64,000 nucleotides of DNA, taken from contig NW_003314335.1 in assembly GCF_000143415.4 (NCBI RefSeq), positions 464,113 to 528,112 on the forward strand, in the 5' to 3' direction. The notes below the pieces were generated by a model, which ran no database searches, was not told the origin of the DNA, and was given only the letters and a program-made list of their open reading frames with translations. Origin of the DNA: Selaginella moellendorffii (taxonomy: Eukaryota; Plantae; Lycopodiophyta). The stretch's first letter is position 1; the number at the start of each line of letters is the position of its first letter. Made by a program: the position numbers and the translations under genes. This document shows positions 62,580-64,000 of the stretch, piece by piece.

Positions 62580-63070
62580 CACTATGTAGCCCAAGATTAT
62601 GAGGAGCTTTTGTAGATTCTTTGAGATTTGTACCTTGACTAGAATAAGGAGTAATGAGGAGAAAACATGGGCGATGTCTTGGCATCTAACAACTGGCAAT
62701 GCATAGCTCTATGTAAGCTCATTATGTAGCCCAAGATTGTGAGGAGCCTTTGTAGATTGTTTGGTACCTTGAGTAGGATAAGAAAATATGGATAATGTCT
62801 TAGTAGTTGCTAAAGATTGTGAGGAGCTTTTATAGATTGCTTGAGATTTGTACCTTGATTACATTGTGAACTTACATGGAGCTATGCATTACCAATTGTT
62901 AGATGCCAAGACATTACCCATGTTACTCTTTATCTTTGGCCCAAGATTGTGAAGAGCTTTTGTAGATTGCTTGAGATTTGTACATTAACTAGAATAAAGA
63001 GTAATGAAGAGAAAAAATGGGTAATATTTTGGTATCCAACAACTAACAATACACAACTCTATGGAAGCTT
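62580..63070. repeat. Degenerate direct repeats with one inverted copy
   Basis: ccaagatt.tgaggagc.tttgtagatt..ttgagatttgtacctt occurs about 4 times. ttggcatctaacaa...gcatagctc is inverted at about 62866-62912. Confidence 0.65.
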
Positions 63071-63104
63071 TTGAATTTGGACTTTCCGGGAGGTCATCTA
63101 ACTC

Positions 63105-63540
63105 AGTACTATTCAAACTAAGAAGGCTTAACTCCAAGTATCCCAAAACCCTTAACCAATTGAAAAAAGGGTTGCATTTTTATTCACAAGCTTTTTCTCT
63201 TTATATTTGAACTCAATTGACTATCTCTCAAATCATTTTCTTTAGTTGTTTAAAATTTATTATACTTTCTTGCCAAACTTGACTTGTATGTGGTATGATT
63301 TTTCTAGCTAACTAACACAGTTGTGCCTAAAACCCTTTAGATATCAAATGTAATTTCTTGAATTTAGACTTTTTGAGAAGTCACCCAACCTATTATTATT
63401 CAAATCTAAAGACGTTTAACTTTAAATATCCCAAACCTTTAACCGATTGAAAAATGATTTACACTCTTGTTCATAAACCCTTTCTCTTTATATTTGAACT
63501 CAATGGATTATTTCTCAAGTAGTTCTTTTGGTTGCTTACA
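63105..63540. repeat. Direct repeat of about 150 bp
   Basis: tatcccaaa...ttaacc.attgaaaa...ttctctttatatttgaactcaat at about 63140-63220 and 63427-63505. Confidence 0.6.
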
Positions 63541-64000
63541 CTCCAACTTGAGTGTCTTTCAAACCCTAGCACTAGAAACAATTCTAATACTAGTTTTATT
63601 AGAACTATAAATATAAGATAATAATAATTATTTTATTACTACTTTTTTGAGTTTAGGATTTTTGACATTATGACATTTTATTTAGGGATCTTTATAGGCA
63701 AGCTTGAATCCAAACACCTCTATTCATAGCAGTCTTTTAGGCTCTAGTGAAAAGCTTGAATATGAATTACCACCCCATAAACCCTATCTTGCCCTACTTT
63801 TAGTTTAAAGCTTTGCTCAAATAGCTATGTTGGGCAAAAACAAAAATTTGTGGGATGTGCCTACTTCAGTTCTCACATATTAATGACCTGTAGCTTTGAT
63901 ATAAGGAGAGTAGGATCATAATTCTCTAGGAAAGCTTGCAATTACTCAATAGTTACATCATGAATTCACCTTCCAAATAGAGTGACTTGCCCCATTGCTC

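Noticed and set aside
1-64000. tRNA or rRNA genes
   Set aside because: None recognised by eye. A tRNAscan/Infernal run would be needed to exclude small ncRNAs.

Overview
Eukaryotic, gene-dense land-plant DNA. The very short GT-AG introns (mostly about 50-70 bp), tiny intergenic gaps and many PPR relics point to a lycophyte such as Selaginella (inference). Ordinary genes: GH27 alpha-galactosidase, a plastid cupin head-to-head with a conserved unknown protein, a UIM-like protein, CCT1/TCP-1 alpha, a zinc-binding ADH-like protein, a DUF604 glycosyltransferase, a nearly intronless full-size ABCG/PDR transporter, two annexins in inverted orientation around NTAQ1, a neutral ceramidase and Per1/PGAP3, and a UPF0114 pseudogene. 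The accessory part (about 4-29 kb) holds a 2,026-bp TG...CA solo-LTR-like insertion with a GCCTG target-site duplication, a large fold-back, and Fused/TIO kinase relics. It also holds a 4-copy, about 4.18-kb tandem array. Each unit carries one intact, intronless, atypical CAMK-type kinase between a decayed Fused/TIO gene and a CCT1/PPR chimeric fragment. Also notable are a divergent intronless CDK-like kinase, an 8-Cys secreted peptide precursor with an acidic tail, and an apparent tail-to-tail CDS overlap between NTAQ1 and annexin. All gene models were read by eye, so exon boundaries and relic ends are approximate.
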